64,000 nucleotides of DNA, from assembly GCA_951406725.2 (NCBI GenBank), contig OX597823.1:51150001-51214000 (forward strand), given 5' to 3'. Both the position numbers and the translations under genes were made by a program. Of the stretch, positions 14,041 to 26,800 are shown in pieces. The notes under the pieces are model-generated. The model had not been told where the DNA came from. It saw only the letters and a program-made list of their open reading frames with translations, and did not search any database. Numbering within the stretch: the first letter of the stretch is position 1; each line of letters opens with the position of its first letter. Source of the stretch: Octopus vulgaris. Taxonomy: Eukaryota.

Positions 14041-14199
14041 GTAAAAGTAAATAAAACATTTACTATGTTGCAAATAACCACCAGGCTGAATAAAATTCTT
14101 GAGCAAGATATTGAAGCAGTAGTGAATTAAAAGAGCCATCTACGTATCACACTTAATGTATATACATACACGATATGTATATACATATTTGAACTTATC

Positions 14200-14950
14200 C
14201 ACAAATCTTTTTTTACCTGACCATTTGACCTCGGATGGTAGGGAGGAATGAAAATATGCCTTATCGCATGCATTCTATCGAAGTTCTTGAATCCATACCC
14301 TGAGAATTGCGCGCCATTATCAGAAACTAACGTGTCTGGAACACCGTATCGCACAAACAATTCATATAAGAACTTTATAATTGTCTTAGCGGTTGGTTTA
14401 AGGCATCTGCATACCTCTGGCCAATTTATATAGTTGTCCACCACGATTAGATAGTAATCACCATTCACCGGTCCGGCATAGTCAATATGTAACCTAGACC
14501 ATGCGTTCTCAGTCTCCGGCCACGATTCCTATTTTACCGGCAGGGCTTTGGCCACGAGCGCGCACCCTCGAGAAGTTCTCACCAAATTTTCGATATCCCG
14601 GTCCATAGTCGGCTAATAGACTTAGCTCCCCATGAGAGCTTTTATCCTCGACATTCCTGGTTGTCCGCTGTAGAATTGCTGCAATACACGTTTTTGTAAT
14701 GTAGTCGGTACCACAACTCTTTGCGCATACATCAAGATATCGGCGCATACTGAGAAACTACTCGAATTTTTATTTTCAGTCTGCTTATTTTTTAAAGCTT
14801 CTGTCATTTTTGTAATATACTCATTGCCTACAGATTTCATTCTTACACCCTGTGTGGTCACTGGCAGTTCCTGGATAACATTAGTCATAATACATTTTAT
14901 ATCAATTTCTGCCTGTAATGCGGATATCCCGGTATCCTCTAGTGGTTGCA
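14200..14950 (-). pseudogene. Gypsy integrase (Zn-binding region and DDE core)
   Basis: RVVVPTTLQKRVLQQFYSGQPGMSRIKALM, then YLIVVD...YGVPDTLVSDNGAQF...PPYHPRSNGQ. Confidence 0.92.
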
Positions 14951-16130
14951 TAGTTTTGGGAATTAGTCTCTATAGAGAGACCGCAAGACCAAATTTTTTT
15001 CGACGGAATATACTGTATTTTGAAATTGACCCATAAACTGACAGCAATGGTTGATGATCTGTTTATTACAGAAAACTTCTCCGATGCAGAAACCTGTGCA
15101 AATTTTTCACCGCAAAGATAATCGATAGGGCCTCGTTTTCTATCTAACTGTATTTTTTCTGTACCGCTATCAGTAAGCGAAAACATAAATCACTGGTTTC
15201 GTACTTCCATCTTTATACTTGTGTACTAAACTGCTGCTATTCTGTACTCCGAAGCCTTAGACACTACAACAATGTCCATTGCAGGATCGGAATGCGCTAG
15301 AGATAATTCTGCGATCAGAATATTTTTTTTATTTCTTCAAAACGTGTTTGCCATTTAACCGACCAATTCCACTTTACTTCACTTTATAATGTCTTTCAAT
15401 GGAGCTCTTAATTTGTGCATATTAGGAAAGTAGTTTTGGTAGTAGATTTCCAGCGCTAGAGACGCTTGTAATGTTGGTATATTTGTCTGAACTGGCATAT
15501 TCTTTATTGCGTCTGCACTGGACGGGTCAGGCCGTCTACCATTTTCATCAATTATTTGCCCTAACTACTTAATTTGAGGCAAAAGAATTCGCATTTCCTT
15601 CATTCAAAGTGAACCCGTGCTCTACAATTTTCTTGAACACAGCTTTTATATGCTTCACATGCTTTTCGCGCGAATTACTCTTAATATATCGTGCAAATAA
15701 GGGATTGCAAATTCAGAGCCAGATAACATAGCGTAATTGATTTGCTGAAATATTGCCGGTGCAACCTTTAGTCCAAAAGGTATCCGGGTATATCTGTACA
15801 AGCCTCTATGTGTATTTATTGTCAGATACTTTGAGAATTTGTCATTTACATTAATCTGTAAATAGGAGTCAGACAGATCCAATTTTCAGGAGATTTTTTT
15901 CCACCAGTTAATTTAGCAAAAATGTTCTCCGGAGTCGGAAGTAGATGGTGACATGTCTTTAAGCAGTTTTTCAATCCTGCAGAGAAATCGGCACACAGCC
16001 TAATCTTCTCATTTCTCTTTTTAATGCACACCGTTTTTGATGATTCCACTCTATTCCAGTCTGTCCAAATCTTCATTTACGATTTAAATTGCCGCGAACG
16101 GTACTTTTCTGCTAGATATAAATACAGGCA
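14950..16130 (-). pseudogene. Gypsy reverse transcriptase / RNase H
   Basis: KIRLCADFSAGLKNCL, and DLSDSYLQI...TINTHRGLYRYTRIPFGLKVAPAIFQQ...YLHDIL (decayed YxDD). Confidence 0.9.
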
Positions 16131-16178
16131 CAGCGTTTTCACTTAGTTGAAAGCAGGTTTCAGTCTTTTTACAAAGAC

Positions 16179-17388
16179 CTAAATCCTTTGATAGTGTTTG
16201 CGGAAACATCTTTTTTTCAATTTTCTTTTGAAATCCTCAGACGATTTATTTTTAACGGGACAACCATTTATGTTTTTGCAGTAGAGATTTATGGGGAGGT
16301 CCCGTAAGTGAAATAACTCCAAACAATCTGTACCAATCTTAATTTTCGTAATTTTCGCTGTTTTACATAACCGCGGTTTCCCGATTTTTCTCCATGTATC
16401 TGTATTCATGATTGAAATATCACTACCCGTATCCAACTGTAGCTTATATTTACATCATTTTTACGTGTACGAATTTTCATGATTTTGTGTTGCATTCATT
16501 TTCTACTGAAAACACCGTAGAACTTTTTGCGTTCGACCCTCCTAATTTTATCCTGCTGTGTGAGTTCTTGTGACCAAGTTTCAAACAATTATAGCATTTT
16601 CGATTTTTAGGCGGAGATTCTTTTCTGAAGTGTCGGCACTCTGTTTTTGTTGAACTTTCTGGGTCGACACATCTGTACTTTTGCGGATCTTTCTATTGAA
16701 TTTTTTTCACGCCGTGCGTCAGGTTTACCATTGATTGACATTCTTCTGCAATGGTCTGTTGGGTTAAGTCGTGGTTCGCTTACTCCATTTTTGAGAGAAT
16801 CCTTGCCCGTATTTCTTTATCTTCGCTTGCCGTAAGTCCTTGCACAAAGATAAGCGATTTGAACATATCCTGAGTGAGTTCCTGAAGTTTAAAGTTTTCA
16901 CACATAAGGTTGACTACTCTGGCATATGTAATAAAGTCATCATCGCCATTTTTTGTTAAGTTCCAACATTCCATTCGAGAGTTTTATCACAAAAGATCTT
17001 TGAGAGTAATTTAATAGTTTCTTGGGAACAAATTTCACTCGTCTTTTGGGGCAATATAAAGTTACAGTAGCGTTCATGCTCGGCCGGGACTACGTTGCAT
17101 AGTAATAGTCTCACCTTCTCCTCATCGGACTATGACATGCAATCTTTGTTAAAAATTTTCTCGTATCTTCTTATAGTACGCAGGAAGCGTAATAATTTCC
17201 TCCGGATTATAAGTGAATTCAGAAATCTCGTTCGCTACGCCCTCTGGAGTAAACGAACTTCGCGAATTTTCCGACATCCTTGACTGTAACTCAAGCAACT
17301 CTTGTTGTAATATTTGTTTCTGCAACTCCTGTAGTTTTTATTGTTATTTCTCTTGAAGCTGTATTACTGCAGCTAATAAGTTTTCCAT
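16179..17388 (-). pseudogene. Gypsy gag and aspartic protease
   Basis: Protease motif QLDTGSDIS near 16436. Zn-knuckle remnant CYNCLKLGH near 16575-16598. Gag segment DMFKSLIFVQGL..EIRARILSKME. ATG at 17388 (MENLLAAV). Confidence 0.8.
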
Positions 17389-17432
17389 AATTTAACAAGA
17401 AATTGTCAAAAATCCTACGAGGGCTTCGAAAA

Positions 17433-17445
17433 ATCCTCGTCGCCA
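17433..17445 (-). other. Primer-binding site complementary to tRNA-Ser(GCT) 3' end
   Basis: Minus strand TGGCGACGAGGAT, 2 nt after the LTR end. Plus strand atcctcgtcgcca equals the 3' end of metazoan tRNA-Ser-GCT plus CCA. Confidence 0.8.
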
Positions 17446-17447
17446 GA

Positions 17448-17723
17448 TGTTATATAGCTACGCCTCCAATATCATAGTACGGTTGAAATTGTTGACGATA
17501 GATAAAGAATTCACTGTAACAGTATTATAACAATACAAAATAGAAACAGCAGCAGTAACAAACACGCAACGAACCAAGAATCAATATTTCCAACACACTA
17601 ACTCGAGCTGTATACTGTACCTGGACTTCGAAGACCAAACTTCGAACCACCGAATACGTCAGATCGCTACTATATATATGTAACTATTCTCATCAGAGCA
17701 TGTCGTACTCTCGCCTCAATACA
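17448..17723 (-). mobile_element. 5' LTR of the Gypsy element
   Basis: TG...CA boundaries (tgttat...aataca), adjacent to the PBS, and homologous to 60970-61205. Confidence 0.8.
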
Positions 17724-17724
17724 T

Positions 17725-18017
<293 letters not shown>

Positions 18018-18179
18018 CTGTCATGGCATTATCGAAAGGAACGGGCCTTGTGTCTAGACGCAAGAAGGCAGTCGTGACGATGTGTTTCTCCATCAGCCTG
18101 TGTTATCAACAAAACGATTCTCCTATCTTATCTCCAGTAACCAAAGGACTATATGTAAAAATAAAAAAAATGGACTATA

Positions 18180-18850
18180 TTATTTACTATTTGTTATTTA
18201 ATTGAACGCCACTCATCCATTTCCAAGTAAGTTTATCTTCACCTTTTTGATGAAACTCTACTCCATAGTGTTTTCTTCCTCCATCATTCTCTAATTCCCT
18301 ATTTCTCCCCCTCGCTCTTTCACCGTTTTCTATCTATATGTCTCCCTCTCCTCTTTCTCTTTTTCTCTCTCGTTGCTCACACGCTACCATCGTCCATCTT
18401 TTCTTTCCTCAGTTGACCATCTTTCTTTTCCTGGACGGACGTCCAAAAACGACGTTTCTTTTTCTCGTTTCTATTTTTTTCTCTTCCCAAAGAAGATATT
18501 TCTCCCAGCGTTCACTATTTTTCTCTCGTCCTTGAAACGACCCTCCATGTCTTTTTCTTTCGCTTTCCTTGTATGTCTCCACTGTCCTACTTTTGATCCC
18601 AACTTTAACCCTCCATAAATCCTGAATTTATTTAAAAATTTATGGGAGCAACTATCTTTGAAGACTCATAGTGTCGTTGAATGTTCGAAATGAGGAGTAG
18701 ATAGACAGCCGACGACTGATGAAAGATCGTTTCTCTGTGATTACTTGTCCTGTTTTCCATTTGTTTCTCTCGTTGTTTACGTATTTAACTCGTTTGTCTA
18801 CGTATTTCATGTTATTCACACAATTAGTGAGGTCCTCTACCCACATATGC
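18180..18850 (+). mobile_element. Family P-A element (long copy)
   Basis: Shares aattgaacgcc..catccatttccaagtaagtttat with 4150-4190 and gtagatagacagccgacgactgatga with 3985-4009. Homologous to the reverse complement of 52720-53210. Confidence 0.6.
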
Positions 18851-18861
18851 ATACATACATA

Positions 18862-18918
<57 letters not shown>

Positions 18919-18959
18919 AGGCCGAAACATACCGCTGAATCCTTCGCCTCATATTTATG

Positions 18960-19172
18960 TGTATATATACACACACGACCTCGTGTATACCGTTGGCGAA
19001 TTTTTCCTCTGTCTTCCCTTCTCTGGATCTTTCCTTCTCCTATGTTTCCGACGAAGAGCTCCGCTCAAAACGTTAAACCCTCCTTCTTTCCTTCTTTCCT
19101 GAGCGTCCAATAATACTATATTTGTTCCACGTCCTCGCGTTGGTGTATTTTTTTGTGCTTTCTTGTTTGGAT

Positions 19173-19177
<5 letters not shown>
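18960..19177 (+). mobile_element. Family P-B element with mutated hammerhead
   Basis: Reverse-complement homologue of 21699-21868, in (TA)n. The core reads gttt CCGACGA A GAGC tcc GCTC AAAA CGTT aaac (19044-19078), with U4>C and G12>A. Confidence 0.75.
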
Positions 19178-19248
<71 letters not shown>

Positions 19249-19335
19249 CGTACACATATATATGTATATATACGTACACCCGCATACACACAAACACACA
19301 CACACACACACACACATACACACACACATATATAA

Positions 19336-19500
19336 AGGTGCAGGAGTGGCTGTCTGATAAGAATCTTGCATGACATCCACATGGCTCTGGGTTCAGTTTC
19401 ACTGCATGGCACTGGGCAAGTGTCTTCTACTGTAGCCTCGAGCCGACTAAAGCCTTTTGAGTGCATTTAGTAGACGGAAACTGAAAGAAGCCCGTCGTAT
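19336..19500 (+). mobile_element. SINE family B, 5' half
   Basis: ggtgcaggagtggctg...gggttcagtttcactgcatggcactgggcaagtgtcttctac...gaagcccgtcgtata. Confidence 0.8.
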
Positions 19501-19508
19501 ATATAAAA

Positions 19509-19708
19509 GCTAATATTTTCTAAATTTAAATATTTTATTTTAAATTTTATCCTCAGTTGCAATATTTTAAGTAAAAACGTTCTTGTCTTGTACTTAATCA
19601 GATGTAATAAGCTGTCCTGGTATATACAGGTCAAGAACATTTTTACTTAAAATATTGCAACTGAGGATAAAATTTAAAATAAAATATTTAAATTTAGAAA
19701 ATATTAGC
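19509..19708. repeat. Near-perfect long inverted repeat (~84-bp arms, ~32-nt loop)
   Basis: gctaatattttctaaatttaaatattttattttaaattttatcctcagttgcaatattttaagtaaaaa and its exact reverse complement ending at 19708. Confidence 0.92.
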
Positions 19709-20904
19709 GTATTTTAAAACTAAAAGTTTTATTATAAGTTATTACTTCTATTTGTTATTACTTGTTACTTCTTTTAAAAATAACTCAAAATATTTTTTTG
19801 CACTCTAAAAAAATTCATTTTTTATTAACTAATTAATAATTAAAAATCTGAAAATAGGTTTTAAAAATAATAGTAGTACAAAATTAGTCATTACTATAAA
19901 CAAAATAACACAGAAATTAGTTATATATTGCAATAAAATCTACCTATAAAAACAAATTAACAGTAAAACTTGCTTGAGTTATTTTTTAAGTTACTGCCAA
20001 GTCTTCACATTTTTAGTCATGACCCAATGCCTATTTTTTACATAATGAATTTGCCTACCATATGCAGTATTCTACTTTGCATAAAGATTTAGCTATATCG
20101 GTACTTCTGGCTTTCATTTTTAAGTATTGTTGTGTATCAATATTTTAACAAAATGATGGTTCCTGTTTTTAATTATAATGTTTCTTTGTAAATTAAAATC
20201 AAATGAATTTTTATGTTCACATTTTATCCTTAGCTGCAGTATTTTAAGTAAAAATTGTCTACCTCTGTTCTCTACCAGATGTAATAAACTGTCCTGATCT
20301 TTTCCAGTGTAATAACTTGTCCTGTGATTTTACAAGTTTATAATCTTAAGAATATTATCTCTCTTGCTCCATTTTTCTATGTAATCCATGTTTTTCTCCA
20401 GGCTATGCTATTATGCTTAATTAATAACGTGTCAAACGTGTCAATTAGCGGTGTCGTTGATAATTTTTTTCCTTACCTCAATGACGCCGGTGACGTATTA
20501 AAAGTCCCCTTATACAACTGTATTCATAAGAAAGTATAGAACTATATTATCACCCTCAAATTTGAGAAACAAACACTCAGAAGTTGCCTTTTAAAACTTC
20601 ACTCCAGATTGGCAAGACCAGTAGACCATGGTTTCTGGGTCTTTACCCTTCATCGGTATTGGACACCTGCCTGCTAGGAGATGGCAGTCACTCTCCGCTA
20701 CTCACAACATAAAACCAGAAAAGCGGCAGACAGCCGTTGGTCTCGTAAGTAGGAAAATAGCTAATTCTAAAATATCTAAACGAGATACAAGTAGTAACAA
20801 TACTAGACGGTAACGTCTTTTTGAAGCAGTTGTTCTTATTAATAACTGCATTGTTTCTTTTGACTTTATCTGACTTCAAAGAATACTTAGTAGCGGCCTA
20901 TCTT

Positions 20905-21657
20905 GAAAATCGACAAAATTTGGCGTCGTGGTGATATCACGTACCTGCAGAAAAAGGGTTTAGCCTACAAGGACATTCATACAGCTTTATCAGTAGTAGA
21001 GAGGTGAGGAGCTGAATTCAGGAGGCGAAGGGAGATTGTTCAAAATGACCCAAGGTCTGGCCGATCTGCAATCGGAACACATTAATCGTGTTCACCACAT
21101 AGTGATGGATGACAGGCAACTGGCTATATACATATGAAATAGCCAATGATATTAGCATACCCTGCGAAAGTGTTGAGAATACTCTGCACAATAAACTTGG
21201 CATAACGAAAGTTTCTGCTCGGTGTGTACCACGTCATGTGTCACTTGATCAAAAGCACACCAGGCTGATTACATTATGGCAAAATCTGACATTGTCTGAA
21301 CCAGATCCAGTTGGTTTCCTCGAACGTTTGTTTACCTAGGATGAATGTTGACTGCATCCTTTTGTAGCAAAGAAAATACGTACTGAGGAAACACAACGCT
21401 TCACCTGCTTCGAGGAAGGCCATGATTGTTTCATTTGTAAGGAAGGTAATGGCCACAGATTTTTGGGATTCAAAAGACATCGTGTTTATTGACTATCTTC
21501 AGAGGGCCACACCAACAATGGAGCGTACCCTACTAACTTGCTGAGGTAGTTACGAAAGGCTGTTAAGACCAAAACACCCAGGACACTGAAAAAGGGGTTT
21601 TGTTTGATTAGGATAATGCTCCAGTGCACAAGTCCTTGCTTTCAATGGCTGCTGCTC
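20905..21657 (+). pseudogene. Mariner transposase remnant (irritans-like)
   Basis: [72 protein letters not shown], i.e. decayed WVPR, TxDE and DNA motifs. Confidence 0.9.
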
Positions 21658-21698
21658 TATGCATTTGTATATATTTATATGTATATATATATATATAT

Positions 21699-21868
21699 AA
21701 AGTTAATCCAAACATGAAAACACAAAGAGAAAACACAACAACGCGAGGACGTGGAACAAATATAGTATTATTGGACGCTCAGGAAGGAAGGGAAGAAGGA
21801 GTGTTTTACGTTTCGAGCGGAGCTCTTCGTCAGAAACATAGGAAAAGGAAAGATCCAGAGAAGGGAAG
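21699..21868 (-). mobile_element. Family P-B element (Penelope terminal-repeat-like) with intact hammerhead core
   Basis: Flanked by (TA)n, has related copies at 4625, 18960 and 52540, and contains the ribozyme at 21802-21838. Confidence 0.75.
21802..21838 (-). ncRNA. Minimal type I hammerhead ribozyme
   Basis: UGUUU-CUGACGA-A-GAGC-ucc-GCUC-GAAA-CGUA-AAACA. Stem I is 5 bp, stem II is 4 bp, the core is intact, and a palindromic ACGU replaces stem III. Confidence 0.75.
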
Positions 21869-21879
21869 ATATATATATA

Positions 21880-21967
<88 letters not shown>

Positions 21968-21970
<3 letters not shown>

Positions 21971-22290
21971 GCACAGGGCATCACGAAACGTGTACAACAA
22001 AAAAAAAGTACGAAGTACGAGTACATGGAATATGAACTATTTTTTCGAACAACGAAAGATACAAATGGAAAACGAGACAAACAACATAAAAAAGGACCCT
22101 TCATCAGTTGCTGGCTGTTTTTCTACTCTCGTATTTCGAGCATTTAGCCACCAACTGATGAATGGGCGTTTTTTATGTTGTTTGTCTTGTTTTCCATTTG
22201 TGTCTTTCGTTGTTCAAAAAGATAGTTCATATTCCATGTACTCGTACTTCGTATTTTTTGTTGCGCACGCTACGTGACGTCCTGTGCCCA
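21968..22290. mobile_element. Long fold-back element (family P-A), ~145-bp arms and 29-nt loop
   Basis: Ends are tgggcacagg and cctgtgccca. gtacgaagtacgagtacatggaatatgaacta pairs with tagttcatattccatgtactcgtacttcgta. (TA)n on both sides. Confidence 0.8.
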
Positions 22291-22294
22291 CATA

Positions 22295-22379
<85 letters not shown>

Positions 22380-22510
22380 GTATAGAAGTATGTACATATA
22401 CGTATGTATGTATGCATATCTAGCTTTCGCTATCAATTGAATTACTTAATAGAGTATATTTCTCTTAATTATATATATATGCATATACATATATTATTGA
22501 TATTATATAA

Positions 22511-22565
<55 letters not shown>

Positions 22566-22769
22566 CGCACACACTCCATCACTTCAATATCTATCTCTCC
22601 ATGTCCCTATTTCTCTAAGCTGTCTGTATCTATCTTGTATGGCTCTTTCCAACTCCTACTCCCCCTCTTCTTGATCTACTCTATCTACCACCCGTCTTCC
22701 TGCCATAACTTTCTCTTTGTGTCTCTTTTATCTTCTCAGTCTTTCCTACTGCCTCACACCACTTTTATG

Positions 22770-24470
22770 GCTACCAGCATTGCCACCACCTTCACCACCA
22801 CAAACACTACCACCACTACTACCATCACCACCACCACCACCACCACCAGCAACAACAACAACAACAGCACCTGCACTACTACCAGTACTATGTCCCCTAC
22901 TACGACCACTAAAATTCCCCACCATCATCATCACCGCCGCCTCCATCACCACCACCACCACCACCACAACCATCACCACCACCACCACCAGCACCAGCAC
23001 CAGCACCAGCACCACCACCACCACAACCATCACCACCACAACCATCACCACCACCACCATCACCGCCACGACCAAAACCACCACCACCACCACCACCACC
23101 ATCACCGCCACGACCAAAAACACCACCACCACCACCACCAGTCCCACAACCGCCGCCGCCAAAACCAGTGCCACCCAGGGTTCTACTTTAATTTCTATTC
23201 CATGTCACACATTCTCTTTTATATACCCATCTCCCCACTTTCCCGCGACTTCTCCCCCTTTACCCCTCCCATACTTTTACCCTTAAATCACTACACCCCG
23301 TCCTCCCCATCTCTCTCTCTCTCACCTATTACGACTGATTCTCTCTCTCTCTTCTCCTCCTATCTTACATCATAATGTGACGCCACATTAACCTTCCTCT
23401 CTGTATTTCACATTTAACACCCCCGCCTTCCTATACTTTTACACTCTTTTTATCTCTCTCTCTCTCTCTTCTCCCATCCATTACGCCACCGCCATCATCG
23501 TCCCCGACATCATCATTCCTCCGTGTCCATCATCACCCTTTTTGTCGTTTCGTATGTCGTTCCTCTTAGCTTTCTTCATCTATCTCTTTATACTTTAACA
23601 CCGCCAACACCACCATCCCCCACCCCACCAAAACCCCTACTCTCACCACCACCACCACCACCACCACCGCTACCACCACCGCCATCGCCGTCGCCGACAT
23701 CGCAGCCGCCACCACTGACACTGCCACGACCGACATCACCAACACCATCATCTTCAATACTTATGCACCAACTACCACGACTCTACTACCACCTTTACCA
23801 ACACTACTGTCACCCCTACAACTACGACCTATACGTCGATCTTCTTCAACACTATGGTCATCACTATCGCCACCATTTTCACGTTCCTCGCTCTCTCTTC
23901 AATACAAACGCCATCATCATCATCAGCAACATTGTCATCACGATCATTTTTATCATCATCATCGTCATCATCATCGTCGTCGTCATCGTCATCGTCATCA
24001 TCATCATCATCATCATCATCGTCATCGTCATCGTCATCATCACCATCATCATCGTCATTGTCATCGTCATCAACGTCGTCGTCATCATCATCATCATCAT
24101 CATCATCGTCGTCGTCGTCAGCAACATTGTCATCACGATCATCATCATCATCATCATCATCATTATCGTCGTCGTCGTCGTCGACATCCCCATCCTCCTC
24201 CTCATCATCATCATTACCATCATTACGACTAATACCATTCCTACCATCGCTTTCATCGCCAAGCATCATCATCATCAACAGAAGTAGCCCACCATCATTA
24301 GTACTGTCACGACGACGACGATGACGACGACGGCGATGATATCACCGCCGTCGATGCTACCACCACCACCACCACCACTACCACCAGTCACAATCCTTCA
24401 AAACATGGCACCGATGCGCGCTACCACACAGTTTCACTCATCTCTCACCACTACTACCCACGACAACAAT
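22770..24470 (+). repeat. (ACC)n/(ATC)n compound tracts with pyrimidine-rich spacers
   Basis: Seen directly. Internal duplication of cagcaacattgtcatcacgatc at ~23923 and ~24119. Confidence 0.9.
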
Positions 24471-24729
24471 CGCACTCTCTACCCCCACCTCCCTAATCAC
24501 TCAGTTGGTCGCCGTCTCCTTCATTCGTCAGTCATTTTTAATCTAGTCTCCTCTAAAGCACAACAACATTCCGTCTTTGGATATTTCCGTCCATCTTATG
24601 GTCAACTACACCATGTTTTTCTACAGATCTCCCTCCAGTTCTTTCCTACCATACGTCATTTAGTTCTTCGTTTCTTATTTCAATTTTATTTGGATTCCCC
24701 CATCTCACTAAGATTTTCAGCTTTTCTTC

Positions 24730-25067
24730 TTCTCTCTCTCTCTCTCTCTTTCTCTCTTCCTCGAATACATACATACATACATACATACATACATACATAC
24801 ATACATACGTACATACATACATACATACATACATACATACATACATACATACATACATACATACACATATGTATACATATATGTATACATATGTATGTTT
24901 ATATATATATATTTATATATATACACACACATATATATATACATGTATATACATATATACACACGTATACATGTGTGTATATACTGGGAGAGAGATAGAG
25001 ATAGAATAAGTAAGAGGGTTTAATAAACAGATATATATATATATATATGTATATATGTGTCTATATA

Positions 25068-25100
<33 letters not shown>

Positions 25101-25121
25101 TTATGTATATATATATATATG

Positions 25122-25183
<62 letters not shown>

Positions 25184-25289
25184 CATATATATTCACTTAT
25201 TGCCAATCTGTCAATTTGACTGTCTGTCTGTCTCTGTCTGTCTGTCTCTCTGCCTATCTATCTAGTTAGCTTAGCAAGAGTTTGCTACT

Positions 25290-25335
<46 letters not shown>

Positions 25336-25646
25336 TGATCCACTTTATTTCGTTCATTCACTCATTCGTTCATTTTTCTTTCCTTCTTTCTTTCTGCTGC
25401 TTTTCTTCCTATATTTCCTGCCTTCTCTTTACTTTTCTTCTCTTCTTCTCCTTCTTCTCAAGTATTCTATCATTCATCATCTTTCACTATGTTTTACTAA
25501 TGGTCACTTCACTTACTCCCCGTCTCTTCCTCCTCTCCCTTACCTCTCATTACTCTCCACATCCTGCCCTCTTTTGCCTCCGCTCCTTTTGCTTTGTTGG
25601 TCTCTTTCTCTTCTCCCTGACTTCCCCGCGTCTTCTTGCATTTTAT

Positions 25647-25702
<56 letters not shown>

Positions 25703-26203
25703 TTTCATTTATTTGCCACTAGGGTGAAGAATGAGGGGGGAAAATACAAAACATAATAGTACTACTACTAATAATGATAATGATGATGACAATGATGATG
25801 ATAATGATAATGATGATAATGATGATGATACTTCCCTACCCACCTATATTATTCGTTCGTATATTTTCTTGTTTTAACCTCTCCCCTCCATCTTTTCTTC
25901 CCCTTCCTCTCTCTCTCTCTTCTGCATCGTCATTACCTACAGCATTCTGCTACTTTTTTCATATTTTCCTCCTCCTCCTTCTCCCCTCTTTTTTCTTTTT
26001 CTTCTTCTTTTCTTCTTCCTCGTTTTTCCTTCCGCATCTTATTTTCTCTATCCTCTTCTCCTCCTCCTCATATCCTCCTCCCTTCCTCTTCCTTCATCCT
26101 CCTCCATTTCTTCTTCTTCTTCTTCTTCTTCTTCTTCTTCTTCTTTCTTCTTCTTCTTCTTCTTCTTCTTCTTCTTCTTCTTCTTCTTCTTCTTCCATTA
26201 TTA

Positions 26204-26253
<50 letters not shown>

Positions 26254-26800
26254 CTTTCTTGGTTACAATTCTCCCTTATACAATTTTAAAAGTTCTTCTT
26301 ATTCCCATCTTCTTACACCTCATCCAATACCACCAAAAGCCTCATCCTCTTCTCTTTCCCTCCTTCTTCTTCTTCTTCTTCTTCTTCTTCTTCTTCTTCT
26401 TCTTCTTCTTCTTCTTCTTTTTTTCGTTTTTCTTCTTCTTTATCATCATCATCACCACTCCACCGCTAATAGCTCCTTTCTTCTCCTCTCCCTGCTTTCC
26501 CTCTTTTCACTTCACCTCTTGATCATTATTACCATCACCAATCATCATCATCACGATCACCATCGTCACCATCATCATCATCATCATCATCATAATCATC
26601 ACCACCATCACCACCATCACCACCACTACCACCACAACTGCCACCACGCACCCAATCACGCTCACCGTCCGCCATCATAATCATGATGATCATAATCGTC
26701 ATCATAATCATTATCATCATCGTCATCATCGTCGTCGTACCATCACCACCACCACCACCACCACCACCACCACCACCACCACCACCGCCGCCGCCACCAC
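24730..26800 (+). repeat. Microsatellite mosaic: (CT)n, (TACA)n, (TA)n, (AAT)n, (TTC)n, (ATT)n, (ATC)n, (ACC)n
   Basis: Seen directly. Confidence 0.9.

Larger units (their letters stand above)
14200..17723 (-). mobile_element. Degenerate Gypsy (Mag/K02A2.6-like) LTR retrotransposon, 3'-truncated
   Basis: Minus-strand order is LTR, PBS, gag, protease, RT, RNase H, integrase, i.e. the Ty3/Gypsy order. Many stops and frameshifts. No 3' LTR seen. Confidence 0.92.

Noticed and set aside
19700-20400. Mitochondrial insertion (control-region-like AT-rich DNA)
   Set aside because: No mitochondrial tRNA, rRNA or protein similarity recognised; AT richness alone is insufficient.
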